Shown piece by piece: positions 1 to 12,955 of a stretch of DNA of 64,000 nt. The DNA is from Octopus sinensis (lineage: Eukaryota): the NCBI RefSeq assembly GCF_006345805.1, contig NC_043015.1, positions 48,608,001 through 48,672,000 of the forward strand. Direction: 5' to 3'. The notes under the pieces are model-generated. The model worked only from the letters and a program-made list of their open reading frames with translations. It was not told the DNA's origin and ran no database searches. The translations under genes were made by a program, and so were the position numbers. Each line of letters begins with the position of its first letter. The first letter of the stretch is position 1.

Positions 1-543
1 ACCCTATTTTCTTCACTGCCCCTACACTGAGCTGATATCCTTTACACTCAACTCGTTCCCTATCCCTTATCATCTGTTACTCTACTTTCACTCAGTGCAT
101 TTACTTATTCATTTCTCCCCCTCTTCTGTAATAGTCTGTCTCATACTCACATTGTACCTGGACCTCACATCTCTTTCTTCGTCTCTCTCTCTCTCTCTCC
201 AGGTGGGCAAGCCATGCATTCACCACTTTAGTAAAACACCTGCTTCTCGTCTCTATCATAGTTCATTATTCCTTGTGCCTGTATCCTTCTCAGTTGTGGG
301 TACTTGATGACATTATCAGTGCTTGTGCTACATAAAAAGCACCCAATATGCTCTTTTGAGTGGTTAGCATTAGGAAGGGCATCCAGCTGTAGAACCCATA
401 CCAAAACCAGACAAAGAACCTGGCAGAGCCCTCTGGCTCATCTGTTCTTGTCAAACCATCCAACCCTTGCCAGCACAGAAAAAAGAATGTTAAATGACAA
501 TGATGACGGTGTTATATATTTAGGCATGGCAGTTGGTTAAGAA

Positions 544-830
544 TAGGTGCAGGAGTGGCTGTGTGATTAAGAAACTTGCTTCACAATTACGTGGTCCTGG
601 GTTCAGTCCCAATGCGTGTCACCTAGGGCAAGTGTTTTACTCTAGCCCAGAACCAACCAATCTTTGTGAATGGATTTGTTTGATGAAATACTGAGAGAAG
701 CCCATGTGTGTGTGTGTATGTGTGTCCGTGTTTGTATGTACTCTTGTCTAGACATTGCATGATGGTTGTAGATGAGCAGTATTGTCATACAAGCAAGTTT
801 GTTCATTTCCAGCCCTCTGTCAAAAACATG
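544..830 (+). mobile_element. tRNA-headed SINE family A, degenerate copy
   Basis: TAGGTGCAGGAGTGGCTGTGTG head, GGGTTCAGTCCC B-box-like motif, internal (TG)n; same family as 58821-59285. Confidence 0.7.
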
Positions 831-1733
831 CCATAGAGGGGACAAACAAGGACAGACAAAGGGATTAAGTTTATTACAACGACCGCAGTGCGTAACTGGT
901 ACTTAATTTATCAACCCTGAAAGGATGAAAGGCAAAGTCGACCTTGGAAGAATTTGAACTCAGAATGTAACGGCAGACGAAATACGGCTACGCATTTTGC
1001 CCGGCGTTTTAACGATTCTGCCAGCTCACCACCTTAATAGGTAGATTGTCTGACCCAAACAAGCATGGAAAAAGTAGGCGTTGAAGCAATGATGATGATG
1101 TTGATGACTGTCAATGGAAAAGGTATCAGAGAAAATACAGCATTCATATCTTCTTCCTTTGTTCTCTCTTTAGCCTTTCGGTCTTACCACAACTTATAAC
1201 TTGCTGGAACATTCAACATCAAGCAAGGACGAGATTCTGTGCATGTATAAAAAGAGATTTTTTATCTCAGACAATTGCGCAACATCATGTCTTCTAACGA
1301 TACATTTAGTATGATACGCAGATAGCAATTTTAACTTAATGCTGTTTCAGTTGCATATACCAATTTTTTTTTTTTTTTCTACAACTTGGCAAACTTCCAC
1401 AATACAGGTGAATGTTTTATTTACTGCTTTCTATATACTGGAGCACAAATTTCATTTAAGCAGTTAACAATTGAGTACATGGCATTGACAATCCTCGAGA
1501 AAGGTGAAACACATCTGTTGTTCTCATGATTCACTGCAGCAACGGTGTTCGTCTCACTCTTGTATATATATTGCTTTAACACAACAAATCTTTGAAGATA
1601 TCTTATCCCCAGACATTTCCACAGCACCATGCTTTCTAACAGTTTGTAAACACAGACAAATAGATGTGTGTGTGTGTATTTTTTTTTTTTTTCTTTCTAG
1701 TTTCAGCTCAGAGCTGCGGCCATGCTGATGCTA

Positions 1734-1985
1734 TACTTTATTATTAAAACTGTAAAAACATCACAAAAATAGCACAAAAAACTCCTACTTAGCATTTCAC
1801 ATTCCCGTTCATCAGGCAGTTATTGCCCAATAAATGGGAACGTGAAACTCTGAGTAGCAGCTTTTTTTTTTGTGGTATTTTTGTGATGTTTTTGCAGCTT
1901 TAATAATAGAGTATATTACTCTATCTCTGGTATCCGAGTACTATTTTTTCCCACCTTGTTTCACATTTATGTGCTTACTCAGGTA
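1734..1985. mobile_element. Inverted-duplicated AT-rich element with hammerhead-like motifs (probable Penelope-like terminus)
   Basis: 1734-1818 and 1824-1913 are imperfect reverse complements; CTGATGA...GAAA core on the - arm; right arm extends to a TA-rich tract. Confidence 0.65.
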
Positions 1986-2362
1986 TTATGTATATATGTA
2001 GATATGTATGTATGTGTGTGTATAGCCAGTACCGCATTGACTGGCCTCCGTGCCGGTGGCACGTAAAAAACACCATCCGAGCGTGGCCGTTCGCCAGCCT
2101 CGTCTGGCACCTGTGTCGGTGGCACATAAAATCACCCACTACACTCTCAGAGTGGTTGGCGTTAGGAAGGGCATCCAGCTGTAGAAACACTGCCAGATCT
2201 GACTGGCCTGGTGCTAGCATGGAAAGCGGACGTTAAACGATGATGATGATGATGATATGTTGTCTTACCATTTTTATCAATATATATATATAATATATAA
2301 TGTTTATATGTACATGTATGCGTATATACATGTATGCGTATATGCATGTGTATATATAAATA

Positions 2363-2397
<35 letters not shown>

Positions 2398-3552
2398 GGT
2401 GGTGCTCCAGTATGATCTTTTAGTTGAAAGACACTTGTTGTTATTCTTGTTGTTTGCATTAGTAATTGTGTAACATTTTCTCTGTTTTCTCTTTTTTTTT
2501 TGTCCACCTTGTTGCGCATATTCACTTGCTTTCTTCCAAGAATTTAATGCCCTTAGCTTAGATTTTCGTGGCCTACCAATTTTGAACAGTCTCAAGTCTT
2601 AACAGGCCAAAACTGTAATGATGATTGTAAACTTGACTGAAGAATAGAAAGCCATGAATGTTCCATCCTGGTCTTCTTATCCATCTTCATATCATCCTTA
2701 TATCTATATTTTCATTGTCGTCCGTTACGTTCTTGTTCATTTTTTAAAATTTATATACATACATACACATACATACATACATACATACATATATATCATC
2801 ATCATCGTTTAACGTCCGCTTTCCATGCTAGCATGGGTTGGACGGTTCAACTGGGGTCCCTTTCAACATTGTTAGACACATACATTTGAAAGTATGTCAG
2901 GACTTTCAGAATGGCACATCAACAGAAAATTAACCTTGAATTTTTTTTAGTAGTGTGAACTGCTTGATGATAAACCTCGTCTCATGTGGCCCTACTTCTT
3001 GTAAAAGGTTTCCCATGCTTCCATGCCTGCTCTAGAACTCATACATTATCTCTGTCATTGTTTAACCTCAAATCATTCCAGCCATGCCCACATCTTGTCT
3101 TTTTGTATATCCAGAACTATTTTGTCCAATTCAATTTTTTTCACAATAAAAGAACATAATTCGAAGTACATTTGACTGCTTTTTGTAGTAAGTCAAGCAA
3201 CCATCTGATGGAAAGTTGCAAAAATGAATAACTATTGGAAATCTGCTTTGCAAATCTTGGTCAGGTTTCACATTCTACATTTATATTATAATAAAGAAAG
3301 CTGCTTTATTAATTAGTTATGATGTAACTTTTACTAATAGTAAGCAATTATAAAAGTCTTCACTGTCTAGAAAATTTTTATAAATTTCAATTTTAGTGTA
3401 TTCTTAGCAAAATGTGATTTTCAAGTTTCTTTTATTACTGAAGATTTCACATACATACTAATCAGAAAACACATTTTTAATCAGTTACATGCATTTTTAA
3501 TGTCTAACATTTGTATTTCTTTGGAATACAAGTTTTAGACATAGAATTAATG

Positions 3553-4111
3553 ATATCCCAGTGCAATTAGTAATGAAACTTGCAATATCCCAGTGCAGTT
3601 AGTAATGGAACTAACAATATCCAAGTGCAATTAATAATGGAACTAACAACATCCCAGTGCAGTTAATAATGGAACTAATGATATCCCATTGCAATTAATA
3701 ATGAAACTAACAGTATCCCAGTGCTATTAGTAATGAAACTAGCAATATCCCAATGCAGTTAGTAATGGAACTAACAATATCCAAGTGCAATTAATAATGG
3801 AACTAACAACATCCCAGTGCAGTTAATAATGGAACTAATGATATCCTATTGCAATTAATAATGAAACTAACAGTATCCCAGTGCTATTAGTAATGAAACT
3901 AGCAATATCCCAATGCAGTTAGTAATGGAACTAACAATATCCAAGTGCAATTAATAATGGAACTAATGATATCTCAATGCAATTAATAATGAAGCTAGCA
4001 GTATCCCAGTGCAATTAGTAATGGAATTAATGATATCCCAGCACAATCAATAATGAAAGTAATGATATCCCAGTGCAATTAGTAATGCAATTAACGATAT
4101 CCCAGGGTAAT
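3553..4111. repeat. 32-bp minisatellite, ~17.5 units, 5-unit (160 bp) higher-order period
   Basis: Consensus ATATCCCAGTGCAATTAGTAATGGAACTAACA; units start every 32 bp from 3553. Confidence 0.9.
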
Positions 4112-7100
4112 TTGGCAAGTGGTAATCAGTAATATATCTGAAGAGCCTTGGTAGGATATAAATAACAGTTACACAAAGTGTGAAAACTGGCAGAAATGCA
4201 GGGTTTTGCATGAACCAAATGTGAAAAAGTAATCAGCTACAAGATGTAATTAGCAACAAGAGGAAATTAGCAACAAACACTCTCATAAGTTGGATTTCAT
4301 GGACTGCTTCAATTGTTTGCTAGAAAATACAGTTCCTGCCATCTTGAGGACAAATTTATTGTTGCAAAGTAAATTGCCAGAACAAGAAATTGGTACTAAA
4401 ATTCCATGGAATTGTTGCTTTTGTTGGTAAGAAAAGAGTTTCTATTCCAGTGTAAATGGAAATAGTCAAGAAATTTGATGTTGCACAGTGAAATCTGATT
4501 GCAGATTTGCAGAAACTGGTGTGAATACAACCTGTTGGATATGAAATGGTATTTTGCATGACAGGTGCAAATGTGAGTTTAGAAAGAAATGAGTCATTGA
4601 AAACACAAATGATCTGCATTATAAGTGAGGTGGGTTTACCTATATGAACATATGTTGGACTGTAGCTGTTACTAAGTAATAAAGAAATGAATAACTGGAT
4701 GTGCTTATAAGGTGGCATGGGTGGGAACAGAAAGCAGAGCAGCACCAGATGTTGTCCATCACATGAGATGATGCAAGATAAAAAAGAATGGGGATATTAG
4801 AGATTGTAAGTCTGTGGTGGAAGCACATGGCTTAGTGGTTAGGGTGTTGGACTCGTGATTATAGGATAGTGGCTTCAGTTCTTGGACTGGGTGGTGTGTT
4901 GTGTTCTTGAGCAAAACACTTCATTTCTCGTTGCTCCAGTCCACTCAGCTGGCAAAAATTAGTAATCTTGTGATGGACCAGCATCTGATCTAGGTGGGGA
5001 ATATATACCTCATGAAACCTGGAAACCAGCCCTTATGAGTCAGCATGCCTCGAGCAGGTAACCTCTACCTATACTGTGACTCTGTCCAAGAGCTAGAGTA
5101 TGGAGTACTTGTCAGACTTGTAGAAATAGTCATTAAAATGACGACGATGATGATGATGATGGTCTCATCGCATCAGCTTCTTCATTACACCAATTTCCTC
5201 CCACAGGCTTCACCAAGTCACCTTCAAAATAAAACAAAAGTGGAGCTCTCTCTTTATTTTGGTGAAGGGCAAAAATAATGGCAGAAGACATTATTCACCA
5301 TCACCATCATCACTGTGTTTCAGGACATAGATATCACGGCATCCACAAAGAAATTGGCATGTGATTAAACCTGAGGAATGTAAGAAAAACAGACAGACAG
5401 TAATTTCAATTATATAAGCACTAACTCTCTTCAAAGTCCTACCAAAAACCACATGTCTTAATTATGTTACTTAAGCCCACACCTAAATACCATTTATAGA
5501 TGTTTAAATTCAAAATATCCCATCAAAATTACTACAAGGCAACATGATAGCATCCTAGCTGAAACCTTTTATAAAAAACTGAATTACCCCACCTACATAT
5601 ATTACCAATTTAATTACAACAATTCTTTGATGGGCATTAGGTTTTACATAAAACCACACAAACAATTGGTGAACATTCCTCACACCACCTACACCTAATT
5701 ATCTCAATATACTCACATGTCAGTAAAGCAAGCAAGATTTCCTATTTTTTTTCTTCCTTTTTCTCTCTCTTTTTTTTTGTATCATATTCATTTTACTGGG
5801 CTGTCATGAGTGGAATGCTTTTTTTTTTTTTTTTTTGCTAAAGCAATAGTTGTGAGAGCTTAATGTCTTTGCTATTGCCAAGTACTGAATCCTTAAATCC
5901 TTAAAAATCCTTTAAAATGTTTTAGCCTGAAGGCCACGGCCATGCTGGGGCACTACCGCTGAGTAGGAACCTGTTGTTTAATGTCTAGAAGCTGAGCTCC
6001 AATGAGTATAGACCTGTGCCTTACAGGGAACAAGACACAAAAGCTGTAGTAGTAGTAGCAGCAGTAACTATATTAAACTGTACAGCCATGTAATGCATAT
6101 GAACAAAGACAGTTGCATCAAGAGATGCCGATCTCTAATTGTACAGGGAACATGTGGAAGGGGTAGACCCCGGGATCAAATGGTGAGAATGGATCTACAG
6201 ATGTTGGGACTCAGAGAGTATAACAGGGGTCTAACATACCTGGCAGATTGCTGTGCTCGAGAAGATATGTCAAGCTAAGTAAAAGCGTGGTTGTCTTTGC
6301 ATACAGGCTTGTCCCTTGCAATCCTCTCCAACTGAGCATCCCTAATCTTGCTGGCCTGTAAGTGCTGGTGACCCATAAAATGCACCCATGCCAGTGCTGT
6401 GTAAAAGCCCCCAGTACACTCTGTAAAGTGGTTGGCATTAGGAAGGGCATCCAGCTGTAAAAAGCATGCCAAAACAGACATGGAGCCTGAACAGCTCTTC
6501 AACTGGTCAACTGTTGAGCCATCCAACACATCCCATTATGGAAAATGGGCATTAAATGATGACGATGACGACGATGATGATGTACCTCTCAGGAGCATTA
6601 ACTACAACTACATCAAAAGATTGCAGAGTAAATTTCAATAAATTCTGGATTACCTTACTTGGAAATAGATGAGGGTTGGAAAACTGATGGGCATCTGGCT
6701 ATAGAAAGTCTGCATCAACAGCTTCTGTCCAACTCATATAAGTATGGAAAAGTGGACATTAAAATTATGTTGATAATTAAAACCAAAGGTGTCGAATATG
6801 AAATGCTTCAGAAACCTCTTGGGTAAGAAATAGAAAAGTTGAGTATTGAATAAAGTGATTCTCGCCCTGTCCTGACAAACTGACAGAGATAATATGTACA
6901 TTGGTTTGGATTAAAGAATCTAATCTGAAGCAAACTCAACTCTGGTTTGTGGTAATAATATTTTATGATGATAAACTTTTCTACTATAAGCGCAAGGCCT
7001 GAATACAAGAGGAGGGGGCTAGGCAATTACATTGGTTTCAAATTTTGGTACAAGGCCAGCAATTTCAGGGGAGAGGATAAGTCGATTACATGGACCCCAG

Positions 7101-7254
7101 CGCTCAACTGGTACTTGTTTCATTGGCCCTGAAAGGATGAAAGGCAAAGATGACCATGGCAGAATTTGAACTAAGAATGTAAAGGTAGATGTAATTCCTC
7201 AAAGCGTTTTGTCTGGGGTGCTAAAGACTGTTAGCTCACCTCCTTAGTAGTAGC

Positions 7255-7285
<31 letters not shown>

Positions 7286-7550
7286 ATAATAATAATAATA
7301 ATGATTTCAAATAATAATAATAGCAATAACAAATCTGTACCAAACAATGAAAATAAATTTTGTTTGAAGACTGGTGAAAGACATTACTTTAACAATAGTG
7401 AAAGACATTACTTTAACTGGTTCAATATGAATATGTGTGCATATATACATACATAGAGTAAATGCTATACTTGGTCATCCGTTAGGTTCCAAGTACTCAG
7501 CTGAGGCTGGAGCTAGGGATGCATGTTAGGCTTCTGAGTTTGCAGGTATA

Positions 7551-7738
7551 TATTATATTAGAGGTAAAAAAGACTACAGAAACCAAGGCAGGACAAATAT
7601 CTCAAGTCATTTATAATAATTTAATTAGGGTAAGGTGAATTTGAAGTCTTGAAATTCACCTTACCCTAATTAAATATTCTAAATCACTTGAGATACTCGT
7701 CCTGCCTTGGTTTTTGTCCTTTTTCCTCTAATATAATA
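7551..7738. repeat. ~190-bp imperfect palindrome (foldback) next to TA microsatellite
   Basis: AATTAGGGTAAGGTGAATTT pairs with AAATTCACCTTACCCTAATT; outer arms also complementary. Confidence 0.85.
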
Positions 7739-7750
7739 TAATATGTATGT

Positions 7751-7785
<35 letters not shown>

Positions 7786-7967
7786 ATTATTTGAGGGAAT
7801 ATTATTCCGAACTTACAAGGAAAAAATTCAATTTAGAAATACTAAATCAAATTTCACAAAATATAATGTATGTATAAAAATTAGAAAAATGTGTAATTTA
7901 ATTGTTCATTTTGAATTGATAAAAGGTGGTTTTTTTCTAATTTTGATATATATAAACATGGGATGAG

Positions 7968-8602
7968 GTGGTGAAGCACGACCTTCGAACTTTAGATCTC
8001 ACCAAGGAAATGACTAGAGACCGAGACCTATGGAAGTATGCTGTGCGTGAGAAGACCCGGCAAGACCAGTGAGAACATAACCTGTGGCCTACATACCTTT
8101 CCTTCTTGGGACACAAAACTCCACTCGTGAAGACCCGTTGAGACAAGTGAAAATCAAAATCAAACCAAATCAAATCAGATACCAGAAAGCAGAACCAAAA
8201 TCGAAGTCGATCAACATCAATGGAAATTGCAGCTGTGGTTAAGCGAACCATCCAATCGTGGCTGTTGCCAGTGCCTCCAAGACTGGCCTCCGTGCCAGTG
8301 GCACGTAAAAGCACCATCCGTTCGTGTTCGTTGCCAGCCACGCCTGGCCCCCGTGCCGGGGGCACATAAAAGCACCATCCGTTTGTGGCTGTTTGCCAGC
8401 TCCGTCTGGCACCTGTGCGGGTGGCATGTAAAAAGCACCCACTACACTCATGGAGTGGTTGGCGTTAGGAAGGGCATCCAGCCGTAGAAACACTGCCAGA
8501 TCAGACTGGGCCTGATGCAGCCTTCTGGCTTCACAGACCCCAGTTGAACCGTCCTATCCATGCATGCATGGAAAGCGGACGCTAAATGATGATGATGATG
8601 AT
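7968..8602 (+). mobile_element. 5'-truncated RTE-type LINE: ORF C-terminus + 3'UTR + (GAT)n tail
   Basis: Encodes TWDEVVKHDLRTLDLTKEMTRDRDLWKYAVREKTRQ, then runs into the repeat-containing UTR ending GGAAAGCGGACGCTAAATGATGATG. Confidence 0.7.
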
Positions 8603-9632
8603 ATATATCTGTGTGTATATATCATCATCATCATTTAATATCCATGTCCACGCTGGCATGGGCTGGACAACAAATGTTAAATGATGATGATGAAACACAC
8701 ACACACACATTCAAGTATGTGTGTATGTATATTTTTGTACAAGGATGTTATATTTCATTCATTTTATGTCCGTTTTTTTGTCTGCTGACATGGATACATA
8801 CCACTGACAGATTGTTTGGTTTGTATTAACAGCTAGGTGTCCCTTCTGTTCTTAATCCAAAGCTGTTTTTCAACCAAAAGAGTTTTTCATTTCACTTATC
8901 ACCAGAAGAGGAGAGGCTAGACGATATTTTGGTGTTGGCAGGAAATATTAACTTAATGCCTCTGATTTCTAGCTCAAAATTCATGCAAAAACGCAGACAT
9001 GCGCACACACACACACACACTCTTTCTCTCTCTTCTTTTCTCTCATGTGCACACATGCACCCCCGTCTCTCTCTCTTACATGCATGCGTGCACACACACA
9101 CACACTCTCTCTCCTTTTTTCTTTCTCTCGTGCATGCGTGCACACACACACACACACACACATACACACACAAATGCACACTTTCATACAGTTTCCATCT
9201 TCCAATTTCACTCACAAGGAATTGGTCAGCCCAGGGTTCCATTAAATGTCACTTGTTCAAGGTTCCAGACAATGACACCACATGGTAACAGAATGAACTT
9301 CACATCAACACAGCCATACCCACATGTGTCTTGCCATATTTTGTCTGCTAAATCAATAGTTGATTGATTGATCGATCGATTGATTGATTGACTGATTGAT
9401 TAATTGATTGATTATTGTAGACAGAATGGTATTATATAGACAAGACAAAATCAATATTATCAACAATATCGTTATTCTGGGTTGGGTTTTTTTCCTTCTC
9501 TTTGGAACATCTATGGACAAATAGTTCTGTAAATCTTTTCCCAAAGGTATTTTTCTTTTAAATTAATGAACATAAAATGATGAAATAGATTTGTAAAATA
9601 TAATTTTGAAAAGATTACAAATTATAGATAGA

Positions 9633-10405
9633 ATGCTGGTACCATGTACAAAGCACTCAATCCACTCTGTAAAGTGATCGACGTTAGGATGGCATCCAAC
9701 CTTAAAAATCATGCCAAAATAGACCTTGCTCGTGCCATGTAAAAAGTCCACTCTGTAAAGTGATTGGTGTCAAGAGAGGCATCCAATTGTAAAGACTGTG
9801 CCAAACCAGACCTTGCTGGTACTGGTATCATATACAAAGCACGTAGTACACTCTATAAAGTGGTTGGCATTAGGAAGGACATCCAACCATAAAAACCATG
9901 CCAAAACAGATCTCACCAGTGCTGGTGCCATGTATAAAGCACCCAGTCCACTCTGTAAAGTGGTTGGTGTTAGGAAGGGCATTCTGCCATAAAAATCATG
10001 CCTAAACAGACCTCACCAGTGCTGGTGCCATGTATAAAGGACCCAGTCCACTCTGTAAAGTGGTTGGTGTTAGGAAGGGCATTCTGCCATAAAAATCATG
10101 CCAAAACAGACTTTGCAGGTGCTGGTGCCATGTATTAAGCACCCTGTCCACTCTGTAAAGTGGTTGGTGTTAGGAAGGGCATTCTGCCATAAAAATCATG
10201 CCAAAACAGACCTTGCAGGTGCTGGTGCTGGTGCCATGTATAAAGCACCCAGTCCATTTTATTAAGTGGTTGGGAATCCAACCATAAAAGCCATGCTAAA
10301 CCAGACTTCACCAGTGTTGGTGCCATGTTAAAAGCACCCAGTCTATCTGTAAAGTGGTTGGTGTCAGGAAAGGCATCTGGCTGTAAAAACCATGCCAAAG
10401 CAAAC
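9633..10405 (+). repeat. Tandem array (~8 x 100 bp) of an internal segment of the RTE 3'UTR repeat
   Basis: CACTCTG/ATAAAG recurs at 9849, 9949, 10049, 10149. Confidence 0.85.
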
Positions 10406-10934
10406 AGGAGAGCTTGGCACAGTTCTCTGATTTACCAGCTCCTATCAAACTATGTCATCATGGAAGACATTCATTCAATGGTGATGTCAGTAAATATATT
10501 TTATAAATGGTAATGATTGCCATATTTTCCAGTCAACAAAGTATATAGCTGTGGCTCTCAACCATTTTAATATCTGGCCCAGATGCAAAGCCTCAATTTT
10601 TTTTTTTTTTTTAGGGAGTTGCACCAAAAGAAATAAAACAGTAGTTAATGAAAGAAAAATGTATTATATTTTTAGAGGGAAGACCATCAAGAGCCACTGG
10701 AAGGATGCTTGAGGGCCACGTGCAGCCCTGTGAGCTGTGGTTGAGAACTGCTGGTATATAGTGTAAATGTTCAAATATGATCAATATCTTTCCAAATCCT
10801 GCTGCATTAAGTTCACCTACCATTGTCCTGATCATAAACTTTGGTCTGAAAAATTTGATTTGTACATTGGAAAATTTGGTAAACCTTTCAAATTGTTATT
10901 ATTGATGTAAATTGATGTAATTACATCAATTTAA

Positions 10935-11268
10935 GGTTCATGGCTCAGGGGTTAGAGTGTCGGGCTCACAATCACAAGGTTGTGAGTTCGATTCTCAGAC
11001 CGGGCTGTGTGTTGTGTTCTTGAGCAAGACACTTTATTTCACATTGCTCCAGTTCACTCAGCTGTAGAAATGAGTTGCGATGTCACTGGTGCCAAGCTGT
11101 ATCGGCCTCTGCCTTTTCCTTGGATAACATAGGTGGCATGGAGAGGGGTGGCTGGTATGCATGGGCGACTGCTGGTCATCTATTACCTTGCCCAGACTTG
11201 TGCCTCAGAAGGTAACTTTCTAGGTGCAATCCCATGGTCAGTCATGACCGAAGGGGGTCTTTATCCTT
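10935..11268 (+). mobile_element. tRNA-headed SINE family C
   Basis: TGGCTCAGGGGTTAG A-box-like and GAGTTCGATTC B-box-like motifs; body matches 40267-40604. Confidence 0.8.
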
Positions 11269-11331
11269 TGCATCAATTTAAATTCATTTTATATATCTTC
11301 ATTGTCTCTTTATTTTTTTTTCTTATTCCAG

Positions 11332-11413
11332 GAAAAGCTGTGAGAATAATGAATTGGGGAAAATGTTGGAAGAACTCCATAGAAAAAAGCAACTTGAAGA
11401 TTATGAAAGAGTC
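11332..11413 (+). CDS. WDR44: WDR44 exon a (KSCENNELGKMLEELHRKKQLEDYERV)
   Basis: Pyrimidine tract + ttccAG acceptor, GTAAGT donor, ends phase 0 and joins EAERKVLENR; charged helical peptide. Confidence 0.75.
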
Positions 11414-11597
11414 GTAAGTGATTTTTTTTTCTTGATAATTTTGTGAACAGCCTTATCTGTATTTGATTTCTGTATTTTCATTTAACAAATGGAGCTGATT
11501 GATTGACCAAATTATTAATCAAGCAGTTGGTTAGTTAATTGGCTAAAGGGTTAACCAATGGACTAATATAAAAAAAAAAATAGCCAGTGCATGTACA

Positions 11598-11659
<62 letters not shown>

Positions 11660-12228
11660 GAGAGAGACAGAGTGACACACAAAGAGACACACACATGCAC
11701 CGATATGCATATGCACACAAACACACATTTCCACTCTGTCTATGCACACATGCAAACACACACACACAGCCACACCCACCCGTTCATACACCTTTCATTA
11801 CAGCTGATGACTTTTGATTGACCTGTCACATCAACATAAAAACCAACGCTAACACATATGCACACAGATCCTACCACACACACACACACACACACAGTTA
11901 TTACCACACGCTCACATGCAGTTACTGCTACACACCCACACACACACATACTAACCATCTTCATTACACTCATGTCCCAGAAACCACTTTCTCTTTCTCC
12001 TTCCACTTCCGGTCACCTCAGAAATGTAACCACACATGGGTTGTTGGCAATTTTTCCTTATTTTTCGTTCTTTCTCTTTGGTCTTTCCTCTTTCCAATGA
12101 AGAGCTATGCTCAAAGCATTAACAACTCTCTCCTTTCACCAAACATCAAATTAATATATTGCTTGTGCACGTCCTCGTTTGTTTTTTTTCTCTTTTTCTC
12201 TGTTTTTTAATTGTTTGTTCTTTGTATT

Positions 12229-12271
<43 letters not shown>

Positions 12272-12777
12272 AAAAAAAAATTATTTTCTTCTTCTTCCCT
12301 CTCCCTTCCCCTCTTTTTCTTTAGCACTCATTCCAAATACAAAAGTACACACACATGCACACACGCATACACACACACACACACACACACACATGCTCTC
12401 TCTCTCACTTTCTCCTCATCCATCACCCTCTTGTACTGTCTTATATTCCTCCCCACCACTACAAACTCAATACCACTATAAAATGGTCAAAACTTTTCAC
12501 ACACAGGAACTTAGTTTGATTTGAAAACCCCACTAGAATGGGAGAAAGCGCTAATACATGATCTAAGTTATATGATGTATAAAAAATGTAATATACAAAT
12601 AAATATCTGTAAATATAAACCATCCGATTTTCTGAGTACCTCATTTCTTCTAATATATATATATAAATATATATATATATTATTATTATTAATAGTTAGG
12701 GAATATAAAATTCCAAGCCAACAGAGAAAAATTCAATTTAGCAATACTAAATCAACATACACAATATATTATACACA

Positions 12778-12955
12778 TAGAATTTAGAGACAAAACCTCT
12801 ATTTAGCAATTCAATCAATACTGAACGATATTGTCTATACAAAACCATATAGAATAGATAACATTGTTAATATGTATAATAGATAGTATGTATAGATAAT
12901 ATCGTTCAGTATTGATTGAATTGCTAAATAGAGGTTTTTGTCCCTAAATTCTCTA
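12778..12955. repeat. Foldback element, ~63-bp arms, ~47-nt spacer
   Basis: CTATTTAGCAATTCAATCAATACTGAACGATATT (left) is the reverse complement of AATATCGTTCAGTATTGATTGAATTGCTAAATAG (right). Confidence 0.85.

Noticed and set aside
2233-2595. 120-aa minus-strand ORF and many similar ORFs (8892-9367, 11535-12210, 61121-61456)
   Set aside because: Translations are dominated by microsatellite-derived HT/CV/YI runs or SINE sequence.
4356-4745. 129-aa minus-strand ORF
   Set aside because: No recognisable motifs or convincing splice signals; likely chance or decayed TE.
1-11331. Search for the WDR44 start exon (expected acidic EEFYDA-like N-terminus)
   Set aside because: No candidate with the motif and a phase-2 donor found; the 9546 donor candidate has an in-frame stop. 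Probably upstream of the window.
11804-11830. CTGATGA hammerhead seed
   Set aside because: No helix II hairpin or GAAA follows.
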